Source: an uncultured Candidatus Binatia bacterium (GTDB taxonomy: Bacteria > Desulfobacterota > Binatia > Bin18). Taken from it: 64,000 nucleotides of DNA. The notes below the pieces were generated by a model. It was not told the origin of the DNA. It ran no database searches and was given only the letters and a program-made list of their open reading frames with translations. Position numbers and translations under genes: made by a program. Positions 8,796 to 21,100 of this stretch are shown here, piece after piece (within the stretch, counting starts at the first letter, position 1; the number at the start of each line of letters is the position of its first letter). The stretch covers positions 1,120,001 through 1,184,000 of the forward strand of contig OZ241744.1 in assembly GCA_965200965.1 (NCBI GenBank), read 5' to 3'.

Positions 8796-10811
8796 TCACC
8801 TGCCGATGGCGACGAGGACGTTCCATTGATGGCGAGCCTGATCCGTAACACCCGCAAGCGACGTCGAGCCGGACGGACCGATGAACACCGCGTGGACCGT
8901 CGCTTGTGGCCTCCAGTCCGGTGGGCGAGAGACGCGCAGCTTGAATCCGGTGAACAACAGGTCGAGGTTCGGCAGGCTGGATGTCCGTTGCGGGTCAACA
9001 CGGGTATATCCCGTGCGGGTCGCGCCGAGCAACCCCGCGCCGTTAAAGACCAGCACCTGAACGGCTTTGTCGGTCGCCGCGGGATCGTATGCCCAGCCGC
9101 TCACCGTGAAGGTGCCGTCGCCGTTGCGCCACACCCCATCCACATGACCGGGCACATGCCCCTCAAGAGCAATCTCCCTCCCGCGGTGTTGGAGCACGCC
9201 CCGTTCGACATCGAACCGCGTGTGCTCCGGTGTATAGCGGCTGTCGGCCAAGCGAATTCGTGCGCTGTCCCCGGCAACCACGAGCAGACCGATCAACAGC
9301 ACGGCCAGGATCAGGAATCTCTCGCATCGCAACGTCAGTCCCGGCAGCGCGAGCGGCGGGCGTCGGCGGGCGTCGGCGGTCAGCGTCCCCGCGGCAAGCC
9401 CGGCCGTCAGCACGAATTGAATGACATTCTGCGGGGTCCACGCTGAGCGATCGACACCGAAGACGAGCAGCACGGCCGCCAGCAGGGCGACTCGGGCGGC
9501 CGCGCCGGTGTCCCGCGGCCTCGTGGGAATTGTATTAACGAGCAGACTGGCGACAAAACCCGTGACAAGGAGAATACCGAACGTTCCGAGTTCGCCCCAG
9601 ACATGCAGCGGAAAATTATGGGGAAACGAGGTCACGAACTTCTGGCGCAGCCATGGCGAGCTCCAGGTCGGCAGCGTCTCCGGATAGGGCAGTCTCGCGC
9701 CGAAGACCTCGCGGAATGGCATCCTCGGCAACTCCCAGTAAGCCCCGAACCCGAGACCGGTCCAGGGACGCCGTTTGATCAGTTCAGCCCAATACTCCCA
9801 TCGAACGAGCCGCTTCACAATGCGCCGTTTCACGGTGCGGGACCAGCTGGCACCGGATTCGTCGTAAGAAACAACCTTGGAAACAACCTTTGGGTGGGCC
9901 GTGAACCAGAGCCAGCCCGCTTTCGCTCCGAGCGGAGCGCCGAGGAATGCTACGAGGAGTGCGACCAGCGCTATTCGATGCACGAACCGAGGCACCCAGC
10001 ACGCCGCGAAAAACACACCGATGCTGACAACGAATATCAACTTGGTTGACCCCGAGTATCCGGTGGCGATAACAAGCGCGGTCAGAACGAAGACGCTCGC
10101 CGCGGCGAGCCAGCTTCGCCGGGTCGCCGGCCGCAGCGCTGCCAGCGCTATCCAGGCCAGAAAGAGAGCCCAAACCGAGGTCGCCCTCTCAGTGTAATGG
10201 CTGAATTGCATGTTGGTAACGCTCTCGATCCGTAGCCCTCCTGAGGCCAGGCCCGAATTCAGCAGGCTCCCAATACCAGCCCGCACGTCGAATCCAATGT
10301 TGTCCAGCACACCGGCCAGGGACAGTGCGATGCAGATTCCACACAGAATACGGGCCCCGAGCGCTGCATGGTTCAGCGCGAGCAGAATAGGCAGGCCGAG
10401 CGCGACTGACAGCAAAAAGTCACTCACACGCCCCCACGACGAAAAAACGGACGGATTGAGCGTCGTCCCCAACGCTGCATACACCAGCAGCGCACCGAAC
10501 CAGTATCCCCAGGGCGCAAAGCGAATCCGACAGCCGGCGGCGGCAATCGCCGTGAGTCCAAGGAACGATAAAACGGGGAAAAATATGAGCTCCTGCTGTC
10601 GTAGATGTGCGTGCTGGAAGAGAAACGTCCAGATAGAGACCCACGACAGAATCGCGAGAGATGCCCAGTGCAGCGGTCCGGTTCGGTCGAACATCGGGGT
10701 TGGTGGACCGTCTTTCAATTCCAACGCCATGCGGAGCTTCACCATCCCCTCCCCGGACAAAGATTCCACATTCAAAGACGATCCAACCACGGCGCAAGTT
10801 CTCGAATCCAT
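8796..10811 (-). CDS. O-antigen ligase (WaaL/Wzy_C-like) family membrane protein with C-terminal extracytoplasmic domain
   Basis: Many TM helices; RLVRWEY..ELIKRRPWTGLGFGAY and PHNFPLHVWGELGTFG motifs; tail GHVDG..VSGWAYDP. Start codon uncertain. Confidence 0.8.
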   Translation of the reverse strand: MDSRTCAVVGSSLNVESLSGEGMVKLRMALELKDGPPTPMFDRTGPLHWASLAILSWVSIWTFLFQHAHLRQQELIFFPVLSFLGLTAIAAAGCRIRFAPWGYWFGALLVYAALGTTLNPSVFSSWGRVSDFLLSVALGLPILLALNHAALGARILCGICIALSLAGVLDNIGFDVRAGIGSLLNSGLASGGLRIESVTNMQFSHYTERATSVWALFLAWIALAALRPATRRSWLAAASVFVLTALVIATGYSGSTKLIFVVSIGVFFAACWVPRFVHRIALVALLVAFLGAPLGAKAGWLWFTAHPKVVSKVVSYDESGASWSRTVKRRIVKRLVRWEYWAELIKRRPWTGLGFGAYWELPRMPFREVFGARLPYPETLPTWSSPWLRQKFVTSFPHNFPLHVWGELGTFGILLVTGFVASLLVNTIPTRPRDTGAAARVALLAAVLLVFGVDRSAWTPQNVIQFVLTAGLAAGTLTADARRRPPLALPGLTLRCERFLILAVLLIGLLVVAGDSARIRLADSRYTPEHTRFDVERGVLQHRGREIALEGHVPGHVDGVWRNGDGTFTVSGWAYDPAATDKAVQVLVFNGAGLLGATRTGYTRVDPQRTSSLPNLDLLFTGFKLRVSRPPDWRPQATVHAVFIGPSGSTSLAGVTDQARHQWNVLVAIGR

Positions 10812-11752
10812 GCCTTTCTGAACTTCTCAAACGTGTACCCGGCCGCGGTCCGTCTGCCGCGGCGCACGAGCTTCATGGCCAGCGCATCGTCCAACAGCAG
10901 GCCGGCGAACAGATCGGCGAGCCGCGGAAAATCAGGATAGCCGCACGCCAAGGCATTCTTCCGGTTTCGGAAATAGCTTCCGCCACATCCGTGAAACCCG
11001 ACGACCGCGGTTCCACACAGCATGGCTTCCAGCGGTGGCAGCCCGAACCCTTCGATAGCGGACAGCCACAGAAAGTAACGGTGCCCGGACATCATGCGCA
11101 GCACCTCGGGATGTGGAGTATTGGGCGGGATGTGCGTCGGCGAAAACGTCACGCCAGGATGTCTGGCGTTCAGCATCGACGTGAAGTGATCGAGAAACTG
11201 CTCGCCGTACACCTTGACGCCGACCAGCACCGACCCTTCCGGCCGGTCTTCCCAAGTGGGCAAGGGCTGCGGCAGATGATCGTGATGGATGAACGGTGCG
11301 ATGACCGGCAGCCTCATGCCATAGGTCCGCCGAACGAACGCAGCGACGAACGGTGACACGGCGACATATTTATCGAAGAATCCATCAATGATCTCGAAGG
11401 TTTTCACGTCCTGGACATACATCAACTTCGAGCCGGGAAACGACAACCCCAGCATGAGACCGGAGAACGAAGGATTGCAGATCAGGACATCGTTTCGACC
11501 GGCCTGTTGTATCATCTCAGGCAGGCTGACTTTCCGGTTTGGTGGCTCATACGACCAGACGGCGTGGCTTTCCCTTTCCGCATCAACCTCTACCGCGACA
11601 AATTCATACCCCCATTCGTCGCATATGATTCTGCCCAGGTGGTAGGCCATGTAGGTGCCGCCATTCGGGATATGGGCACCCACGACATACAGGCGTCCTT
11701 GGCTGCCGCCAGCCGGCCTGGTATCCGTGCCTCGAATGTCGGCGTGTCTCAA
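10772..11752 (-). CDS. Glycosyltransferase family 4 (GT-B)
   Basis: 326 aa; EGFGLPPLEAMLCG (EX7E) motif; TTG start overlaps the C13 stop. Confidence 0.85.
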   Translation of the reverse strand: MRHADIRGTDTRPAGGSQGRLYVVGAHIPNGGTYMAYHLGRIICDEWGYEFVAVEVDAERESHAVWSYEPPNRKVSLPEMIQQAGRNDVLICNPSFSGLMLGLSFPGSKLMYVQDVKTFEIIDGFFDKYVAVSPFVAAFVRRTYGMRLPVIAPFIHHDHLPQPLPTWEDRPEGSVLVGVKVYGEQFLDHFTSMLNARHPGVTFSPTHIPPNTPHPEVLRMMSGHRYFLWLSAIEGFGLPPLEAMLCGTAVVGFHGCGGSYFRNRKNALACGYPDFPRLADLFAGLLLDDALAMKLVRRGRRTAAGYTFEKFRKAWIRELAPWLDRL

Positions 11753-14272
11753 GAGCGTGCTCCCGATGAGGCCGGAACGGGCCAGCTCACCTGATCGGCC
11801 ACAGGAAATTCAACTGCCCAGACCGGCTTCTCGCTGGCAACCTGCCCGGTGCGGAGCCGTGCCAGAGGATAGGCCGGCAGCCGCACCGTCGCCAGACACT
11901 TGTCAGCAAACCGCGCCGCCTGCTGTACATGCGGCAGGTGCCGCCGGTGGAAGCTGAAATCCAGGACCGCAAACCCCAAGGACCGCTGCGCAGCGGCCAG
12001 CACCGCCCGGTCCCGGGGGAAGACATGCAGGAAGAAGCGCCCCCGCGTGTCCGCCCGCTGACACCCCTCTTTGACATACGTCAGGGTCCGCCCCTCCAGG
12101 TACAGGGCAAAGGCAGAGCGGGCCACCGGCGGGGCCGCCACCACCGCCCGGTATCGCGCCTCAAGCAGGTCGGTCGCACGCACGCCAGCAGCCGACCACG
12201 CCAGGGCAACGTGCCAGCGATCCACGCCCCCGGGGGCGATCAGGCGGGCTTCAAGGGTTTGGATCGCATACGGGGGCAGCAGGGGCCGGAGCAGACACGC
12301 CCCGTCAACGCGGACCCCGTAATCGGAAAAAATGAAGCCTCGCATCCAACGCCACGCGAGGCGGCCGGCAGCAGGACCCACCGTTTGCCTATCCCAGCCC
12401 TGGCCGAGGTTTGGCCTCCAACGCCACCCGGGGCGGCCAGCAGCGGCAGCGGGGTCCACGGGCACGACATGGACCACGAAACGCCCCCGCACATCGGCCG
12501 GCCGGCAGGGGGCCTTCACCCAGGTCAGGGTGGTCCCGTCCAGGTACAGGTCGAACGCCGAGCGGAGGAGGGGCGGCCCGGCGGTGGTGGCCCGGTAGAG
12601 TTGCCGGTAGCGCTCGACGGTGGCCGCGTCCACCAGGGCCGGGTCGCTTGCGCTCACCGTGAGGATGGTGTTGTTGTAGACTTGGCGGGTGTAGACAACG
12701 GGTGCGAAGGGGTGATCAAAGCGGTCTCCCCACCCAGTGAACACATGAGAGGTCACATAAAAGTCCCCCTCCTCCTCCATTCCATCGGCAAAGACGAGGC
12801 GACGCCGGTCTGCCTTGGGCAGGATGTCCCGGTTCATGGTGTACTGGAAGCCGGGACGGCCGCGGGGACGGTCCGGCACGAGAGAGATGGGTGAGGCGGG
12901 ATAGTGCTGGAGCAGATATTCCAGCCCCTCCCGGTACACCATCCGCCAGTAGTCCATGCCGTACTGCCCACGCAGATACTCGGGCGTACTCCGGTCCACC
13001 AGCCGGTTGAAATAGATGTACTGATGGGGATGAATCCCAACCATTTCGATGACCACGCCAGCCAGGCCAGCCACGGCCAGGCCATAGACACCGGCCCGCA
13101 GGGCCGGCCAGCGGCACACGCCAGCCAGCCGCCGCAGACCAGCCACGGCCAGCACACACAGCGGGGCGTAGAGGAAATACATCTGCCGCCAGCCGTTGTG
13201 GACATTGGCATTGAGGACGATGACGGCCCCAACGGGCAGGAGCACACAGGCCGCGAGCAGCCCCTCAAAGCGGGTGGTGGGGTTGCGGAGCAGCTCGCCG
13301 GGGTGGGTCAGAGTACGCCAGAGTACGCCAGCCGCCCCGATGAGGCTCAGCAGCAGCACGCCCGGCGGGGTGGTGATGGCCAGCCAGGTCGGAATGTAGT
13401 GCGCCGGAATGGCCGGCCAGTGGATGAGTTCGCCTTGAAAGAGCATAGGAGGACGGGTAGGGTGCTGGGAGAGGACTGCAATCGCGTCAAGCAGTTCCAG
13501 GGGATTGCTCCACAGATGGGGCGAGACCGCATACAGCGTCAAGACACTGGCCAGCCCGAACACCCCCAGCGTCCTCCCCACCTGCCGCCGCTCCGCCCGA
13601 TTTCCCGCCCGCACCCAATCCACTACCCGCATCACCATCACCGCCACAAACAATCCCCCACCCATGATGCGTAAGTTCGTTGCGACCCCCACCCCCACCC
13701 CACACAGCGCATACCCCCCCCCCCCGCTGCCACGCCCGGTGAATCAGGGCCAGACAGCCCAGGAAGGCCACCAGGAAGGGGATGTCCTTGGTGTTGAAAA
13801 ACGAGTGGGCATACAGCCGGGGATGGAGGACGAAGAGGCCGAGGGCCAGCAGGGCCAGCCAGCGGCTGCCGAACAGCCGGGCGGCCAGCCAGGCCGCGCC
13901 CCCGCCGCCAGCCAGAAAGCACAGGTGGGTGAGCAGATGGCGGCTCAAGTAGATGGCGCGGCTGTCGGTGAGGCCGAGCAGCCGCTCAACCAGCACCAGC
14001 GGCACTTCGAAGACAACGCCGTAGTAGCGGTTGTGGGGGGGACCGGGGGGGCCCAGGGTCTCGGTGTCGCCCAACGCATAGGCGACTGCCGTCTGGACAA
14101 TTCGGCGCTGATCTGTCTCGTCCCACGTCACCCCGTAATCGTCAAGGACGGCCATACCCACTACGGCCAGGACCGCCAGGGCCAGCAGAACACTGTGGCG
14201 GGCCACGAAGGCCACCGCCGCCGTGGACCAGCGGCCCACGCCCCGGACGACAGAGGGACGGCCGCTGGTCAT
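11749..14272 (-). pseudogene. Array copy C13: GT-C glycosyltransferase frameshifted at a G-tract; unique C-terminus
   Basis: Split into ORFs 13487..14272 and 11749..13698 at C12 (13714-13725), 5 nt shorter than in intact copies. Ends ...ASEKPVWAVEFPVADQVSWPVPASSGARS. Could be phase-OFF or a homopolymer sequencing error. Confidence 0.85.
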
Positions 14273-15966
14273 TGAGGGACTCCCGGCAGGGGCGGCCCGG
14301 CGGTGGTGGCCCGGTACAGTTGCCGGTAGCGCTCGGCGGTGGCCGCATCCACCATGGCCGGGTCGATCACGCTCACCGTGAGGATGGTGTTGTTGTAGAC
14401 TTGGCGGGTGTAGACAACGGGTGCGGAGGGGCGATCAAGACTGTAGCTGTGATCGGGCACATGAAAGTCTCCCTCCTCCTCCATTCCGTCGGCAAAGACG
14501 ATGCGACGCCGGGCTGCCTTGGGCAGGATACCCCGGTTCATGATGTACGGAGGGATGTGGCTCAGCACTATAGAGATAGGTGAGGCGGGATGGCGCTGGA
14601 GCAGATATTCCAGCCCCTCCCGGTACGCCGTCTCCCAATAGTCCATCTGGTACTGCCCACGCAGGTACTCGGGCGTGTGCCGGTCCACCAACCGGTTGAA
14701 ATAGAGGTACTGATGGGGATGAATCCCAACCATTTCGATGACCACACCAGCCAGGCCAGCCACGGCCAGGCCATAGACACCGGCCCGCAGGGCCGGCCAG
14801 CGGCACACGCCAGCCAGCCGCCGCAGACCGGCCACGGCCAGCAGACACAGCGGGGCGTAGAGGAAATACATGTGCCGCCAGCCATTGTAGACATTGGCAT
14901 TCAGGACGATGACGGCCCCAACGGGCAGGAGCACGCAGGCCACGAGCAGGCCCTCAAAGCGGGTGGTGGGGTTGCGGAGCAACTCGCCGGGGTGGGTCAG
15001 AGTCCGCCAGAGCACACCAGCCGTCCCGATGAGGCTCAGCAGCAGCACGCCCGGCGGGGTGGTGATGGCCAGCCAGGTCGGAATGTAGTGGGCCGGAATG
15101 GCCGGCCAGCGGATTGCCTCGCCTTGAAAGAGCATAGGAGGACGGTAAGGGTGCTGGGAGAGAACTGCAATCGCGTCAAGCAGTTCCAGCGGATTGCCCC
15201 ACAGATAGGGCGAGACCGCATACAGCGTCAAGGCACTGGCCAGCCCGAACACCCCCAGCGTCCTCCCCACCTGCCGCCGTTCCGCCCGACTCCCCGCCCA
15301 CACCCAATCCACCACCCGCATCACCATCACCGCCACAAACAATCCCCCACCCATGATGCGTAAGTTCGTTGCGACCCCCACCCCCACCCCACACAGCGCA
15401 TACGCCCCCACCCCCCCCCGCTGCCACGCCCGGTGAATCAGGGCCAGACAGCCCAGGAAGGCCACCAGGAAGGGGATGTCCTTGGTGTTGAAAAACGAGT
15501 GGGCATACAGCCGGGGATGGAGGACGAAGAGGCCGAGGGCCAGCAGGGCCAGCCAGCGGCTGCCGAACAGCCGGGAGGCCAGCCAGGCCGCGCCCCCGCC
15601 GCCGGCCAGAAAGCAGAGGTGGGTGAGCAGATGGCGGCTCAAGTGGATGGCGCGGCTGTCGGTGAGACCCAGCAGCCGCTCAACCAGCACCAGCGGCACT
15701 TCGAAGACAACGCCGTAGTAGCGGTTGTGGGAGGGACCGGGGGGGCGCAGGGTCTCGGTGTCGCCCAGCGCATAGGCGATTGCCGTCTGGGCAATTCGGC
15801 GTTGGGCTGTCTCGTCCCACGCCACCCCGTAATCGTCAAGGACGGCCACGCCCACCACGGCCAGGACCGCCAGGGCCAGCAGGACACTGTGGGCGGCCAC
15901 GAAGGCCACCGCCGCCGTGCCCCAGCCGGCCACGGACCGGGGAACGGAGGGACGCCCGCTGGTCAT
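14269..15966 (-). CDS. Array copy C12: GT-C glycosyltransferase lacking all C-terminal modules (565 aa)
   Basis: Intact ORF in which ...RATTAGPP is joined directly to the LPGVPQ tail. Confidence 0.9.
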   Translation of the reverse strand: MTSGRPSVPRSVAGWGTAAVAFVAAHSVLLALAVLAVVGVAVLDDYGVAWDETAQRRIAQTAIAYALGDTETLRPPGPSHNRYYGVVFEVPLVLVERLLGLTDSRAIHLSRHLLTHLCFLAGGGGAAWLASRLFGSRWLALLALGLFVLHPRLYAHSFFNTKDIPFLVAFLGCLALIHRAWQRGGVGAYALCGVGVGVATNLRIMGGGLFVAVMVMRVVDWVWAGSRAERRQVGRTLGVFGLASALTLYAVSPYLWGNPLELLDAIAVLSQHPYRPPMLFQGEAIRWPAIPAHYIPTWLAITTPPGVLLLSLIGTAGVLWRTLTHPGELLRNPTTRFEGLLVACVLLPVGAVIVLNANVYNGWRHMYFLYAPLCLLAVAGLRRLAGVCRWPALRAGVYGLAVAGLAGVVIEMVGIHPHQYLYFNRLVDRHTPEYLRGQYQMDYWETAYREGLEYLLQRHPASPISIVLSHIPPYIMNRGILPKAARRRIVFADGMEEEGDFHVPDHSYSLDRPSAPVVYTRQVYNNTILTVSVIDPAMVDAATAERYRQLYRATTAGPPLPGVPQ

Positions 15967-18112
15967 TGAGAGACTCCCGGCAGGGGCCGCCCAGCCCCGC
16001 CTCGCTCCGGCAACGCCACGTCCACCGCCCAGCCCCCGCCCGCCTCAGCGACCTGCCCGGTGCGCAGCCGTGCCAGAGGATAGGCCGGCAGCCGCACCGT
16101 CGCCAGACACTTGTCAGCAAACCGCGCCGCCTGCTGCACATGCGGCATGGCGTGCCACCCGTCAAAACCGAAATCCAGGACCGCAAACCCCAAGGACCGC
16201 CGCGCAGCGGCCAGCACCGCCCGGTCCCGGGGGAAGACCTCCAGGAAGAAGCGCCCCCGCGTGTCCGCCGGCTGACACCCCGCTTTGACATACGTCAAGG
16301 TCCGCCCCTCCAGGTACAGGGCAAAGGCAGAGCGGGCCACCGGCGGGGCCGCCACCACCGCCCGGTACCGCGCCTCAAGCAGGTCGGTGGCACGCACGCC
16401 AGCAGCCGACCACGCCAGGGCAACGTGCCAGCGATCCACGCCCTCAGGGGCGACCAGGCGGGCTCTAAGGGTTCGGATCGCATAGGGGGGCAGCGGGGGC
16501 CGGAGCAGACACGTCCCGTCAAAGCGGACCCCGTAATCGTAAAAATCGAAATGCAGGATTTCAATGCCTAGCCCCGGCCGCCACCCGGGGCGGTCGGCAG
16601 CGGCAGCGGGGTCCACGGGCACCACATAGACCACGAAGCGCCCCCGCACATCGTCCACGCGGCAGGGGGCCTTCGCCCAGCCCAAGGTGGCCCCGTCCAG
16701 GTACAGGTCAAACTCTGAGCGGAGGAGAGGCGGCCCGGCTGTGGTGGCCCAGTAGAGTTGCCGGTAGCGCTCGGCGGTGGCCGCCAGCCGGCTGAAATAG
16801 AGGTGCTGGTAGGGATGAAGCCCAACCATTTCGATGACCACGCCAGCCAAGCCAGCCACGGCCAGGCCATAGACACCGGCCCGCAGGGCCGGCCAGCGAC
16901 ACACACCAGCCAGCCGCCGCAGACCAGCCACGGCCAGCACACACAGCGGGGCGTAGAGGAAATACATGTGCCGCCAGCCCTCGTAGACATTGGCATTGAG
17001 GACGATGACGGCCCCAACGGGCAGGAGCACACAGGCCACGAGCAGCCCCTCAAAGCGGATGGTGGGGTTGCGGAGCAACTCGCCGGGGTGCGTCAGAGTC
17101 CGCCAGAGCACGCCAGCCGCCCCGATGAGGCTCAGCAGCAGCACGCCCGGCGGGGTGGTGATGGCCAGCCAGGTCGGAATGTAGTGCGCCGGAAGGTCCG
17201 GCCAGCGGATGACCTCGCCTTGAAAGAGCATAGTAGGACGGTGAGAGTGCTGGGAGAGAACTGCAATCGCGTCAAGCAACTCCAAGGGATTGCCCCACAG
17301 ATAGGGCGAGACCGCATACAGCGTCAAGACACTGGCCAGCCCGAACACCCCCAGCGTCCTCCCCACCTGCCGCCGCTCCGCCCGATTTCCCGCCCGCACC
17401 CAATCCACCACCCGCATCACCACCACCGCCACAAACAATCCCCCACCCATGATGCGTAAGTTCGTTGCGACCCCCACCCCCACCCCACACAGCGCATACG
17501 CCCCCCCCCCCCCCGCTGCCACGCCCGGTGAATCAGGGCCAGACAGCCCAGGAAGGCCACCAGGAAGGGGATATCCTTGGTGTTGAAAAACGAGTGGGCA
17601 TACAGCCGGGGATGGAGGACGAAGAGGCCGAGGGCCAGCAGGGCCAGCCAGCGGCTGCCGAACAGCCGGGAGGCCAGCCAAGCCGCGCCCCCGCCGCCAG
17701 CCAGAAAGCACAGGTGGGTGAGCAGATGGCGGCTCAAGTAGATGGCGCGGCTGTCGGTGAGACCCAGCAGCCGCTCAACCAGGACCAGCGGTACTTCGAA
17801 GACGACACCGTAGTAGCGGAGGGGGGGACCGGGGGGGCGCAGGGTCTCGGTGTCGCCCAGCGCATAGGCGATTGCCGCTTGGCCGATCCCACGTTGATCC
17901 TTCGCCGAGTCCAGCGCCACCCCGTTCCAATATTCCCGATCCCCGTATTCCCGATCCCCGTCCCACAACACCCCGTAATCGTCAAGAACGGCCACGCCCA
18001 CCACGGCCAGGACGGCCAGGGCCAGCAGGACACTGTGGCGGGCCACGAAGGCCACCGCCGCCGTGCCCCAGCCGGCCACGGACCGGACGACAGAGGGACG
18101 CCCGCTGGTCAT
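15963..18112 (-). pseudogene. Array copy C11: frameshifted at the G-tract and internally deleted
   Basis: C14 at 17501-17514 (1 nt short) splits ORFs 17417..18112 and 15963..17711. HLYFSRL is joined to AATAERY, removing about 110 aa of the soluble domain. Confidence 0.87.
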
Positions 18113-21100
18113 TGAGAGACTCCCGGCAGAGGTCGCCCAGCCCCGCCTCGCTCCGGCAACGCCACGTCCACCGCCCAGCCCCCGCCCGCCCCAGCGACCT
18201 GCCCGGTGCGGAGACGCGCCAGAGGATAGGCGGGCAGCCGCACCGTCGCCAGACACTTGTCAGCAAACCGCGCCGTCTGCTGTACATGCGAAATGTCATG
18301 CCGCCACCAGTCAAAACCGAAATCCAGGACCGCAAACCCCAAGGACCGCCGCGCAGCGGCCAGCACCGCCCGGTCCCGGGGAAAGACATGCAGGAAGAAG
18401 CGCCCCCGCGTGTCCGCCCGCTGACACCCCGCTTTGACATACGTCAGGGTCCGCCCCTCCAGGTACAGGGCAAAGGCAGAGCGGGCCACCGGCGGGGCCG
18501 CCACCACCGCCCGGTATCGCGCCTCAAGCAGGTCGGTCGCACGCACGCCAGCAGCCGACCACGCCAGGGCGACGTGCCAGCGATCCACGCCCCCGGGGGT
18601 GATCAGGCGGGCTTCAAGCGTTTGGATCGCATACGGGGGCAGCGGGGGCCGGAGCAGACACGCCCCGTCAAGGTGGACCCCGTAATCGAAAAAGTCGAAA
18701 CGCAGGATCTCACGGCCTGACCTCGGCCGCCACACAGGGCGGCCGGCAGCAGCAGCGGGGTCCACGGGCACCACAGAGACCACGAAGCGCCCCCGCACAT
18801 CGGCCGGCCGGCAGGGGGCCTTCACCCAACTCAAGGTGGCCCCGTCCCGGTACAGGTCAAACGCCGAGCGGAACAGGGGCCGCCCGGCGGTGGTGGCCCG
18901 GTAGAGTTGCCGGTAACGCTCGGCGGTGGCCGCCACCACCGGGTTAAGCACGCGCTCGGTCGCAGTCACCCCAGCAGGGGTCCACTCAATGGCGACGTGC
19001 AGGCGCTCTATGTTCCCGGGGGCGACCATGTGGACTTCAAGGGCCCGGATCGCATAGGGGGGCAGCGGGTGCCGGATCAGACACGTCCCGTCAAGGGAGG
19101 CCCCGTAATCGGAGAAGTCGAAATGCAGGATCTCACGGCCTGCCCCCGGCCGCCACCCGGGGCGGCCGGCAGCGGCAGCAGGGTCCACGGGTATGACATC
19201 AACCGCAAAGCGCCCCTGCACATCGGCCGGCCGGCAGGGGGCCTTCACCCAACTCAAGGTGGCCCCCTCCCGGTACAGGTCAAACGCCGAGCGGAACAGG
19301 GGCCGCCCGGCGGTGGTGGCCCGGTAGAGTTGCCGGTAGCGCTCGGCGGTGGCCGCCACCACCGGGTTAAGCACGCGCTCGGTCGCAGTCACCCCAGCAG
19401 GGGTCCACTCAATGGCGACGTGCAGATGCTCTATGTCCCCGGGGGCGATCATGCGGACTTCAAGGGTTTGGATCGCATAGGGGGGCAGCGGGGGCCGGAG
19501 CAGACACGCCCCGTCAACGCGGACCCCGTAATCGAAAAAGTCGAAATGCAGGACCTCACGGCCTGCCCCCGGCCGCCACCAGGGGCGGCCGGCAGCAGCA
19601 GCGGGGTCCACGGGTATGACATCGACCACGAAGCGCCCCCGCATATCGGCCGGGTGACAGGGGGCCTTCACCCAGGTCAGGGTGGCCCCGTCCAGGTACA
19701 GGTCAAACGCCGAGCGGAGCAGGGGCCGCCCGGCGGTGGTGGCTTGGTAGAGTTGCCGGTAGCGCTCGGCGGTGGCCGCATCCACCACGGTCGGGTCGAT
19801 CGCGCTCACCGTGAAGATGGTGTTGTTGTAGACTTGGCGGGTGTAGACAACGGGTGCGAAGGGGAGATTACGGCTCTTGTCCCGCGGGCTGGACATGTGA
19901 AAGTCCACTTCCTCCCCTATTCCGTCAGCGAAGACAATGCGACGCCGGTCCGCCTTGGGCAGGATAGCCCAGTTCACGGAATACTCCGCTAGAGAGATGG
20001 GTGAGGCGGGATAGTGCTGGAACAGATATTCCAGCCCCTCCCGGTACGCCGTCCACCAGTAGTCCATGCTGTACTGCCCACGCAGGTACTCGGGCGTATT
20101 CCGGTCCACCAGCCGGTTGAAATAGAGGTGCTGGTAGGGATGAAGCCCCACCATTTCGATGACCACACCGGCCAGGCCAGCCACGGCCAAGCCATAGACA
20201 CCGGCCCGCAGGGCCGGCCAGCGGCACATGCCAGCCAGCCGCCGCAGACCGGCCACAGCCAGCAGACACAGCGGGGCGTAGAGGAAATACATCTGCTGCC
20301 AACCGTTGTAGACGCTGGCATTGAGGACGATGACAGCCCCAACGGGCAGGAGCACGCAGGCCACGAGCAGCCCCTCAAAGCGGGTGGTGGGGTTGCGGAG
20401 CCACTCGCCGGGGTGGGTCAGAGTCTGCCAGAGCACACCAGCCGTCCCGATGAGGCTCAGCAGCAGCACGCCCGGCGGGGTGGTGATGGCCAGCCAGGTC
20501 GGAATGTAGTGGGCCGGAATGGCCGGCCAGCGGATGAGTTCGCCTTGAAAGAGCATAGTAGGACGGTGAGAGTGCTGGGAGAGAACTGCAATCGCGTCAA
20601 GCAACTCCAAGGGATTGCCCCACAGATAGGGCGAGACCGCATACAGCGTCAAGACACTGGCCAGCCCGAACACCCCCAGCGTCCTCCCCACCTGCCGCCG
20701 CTCCGCCCGATTTCCCGCCCGCACCCAATCCACTACCCGCATCACCATCACCGCCACAAACAATCCCCCGCCCATGATGCGTAAGTTCGTTGCGACCCCC
20801 ACCCCCACCCCACACAGCGCATACGCCCCCACCCCCCCCCGCTGCCACGCCCGATGAATCAGGGCCAGACAGCCCAGGAAGGCCACCAGGAAGGGGATGT
20901 CCTTGGTGTTGAAAAACGAGTGGGCATACAGCCGGGGATGGAGGACGAAGAGGCCGAGGGCCAGCAGGGCCAGCCAGCGGCTGCCGAACAGCCGGGCGGC
21001 CAGCCAGGCCGCGCCCCCGCCGCCGGCCAGAAAGCAGAGGTGGGTGAGCAGATGGCGGCTCAAGTAGATGGCACGGCTGTCGGTGAGACCCAGCAGCCGC

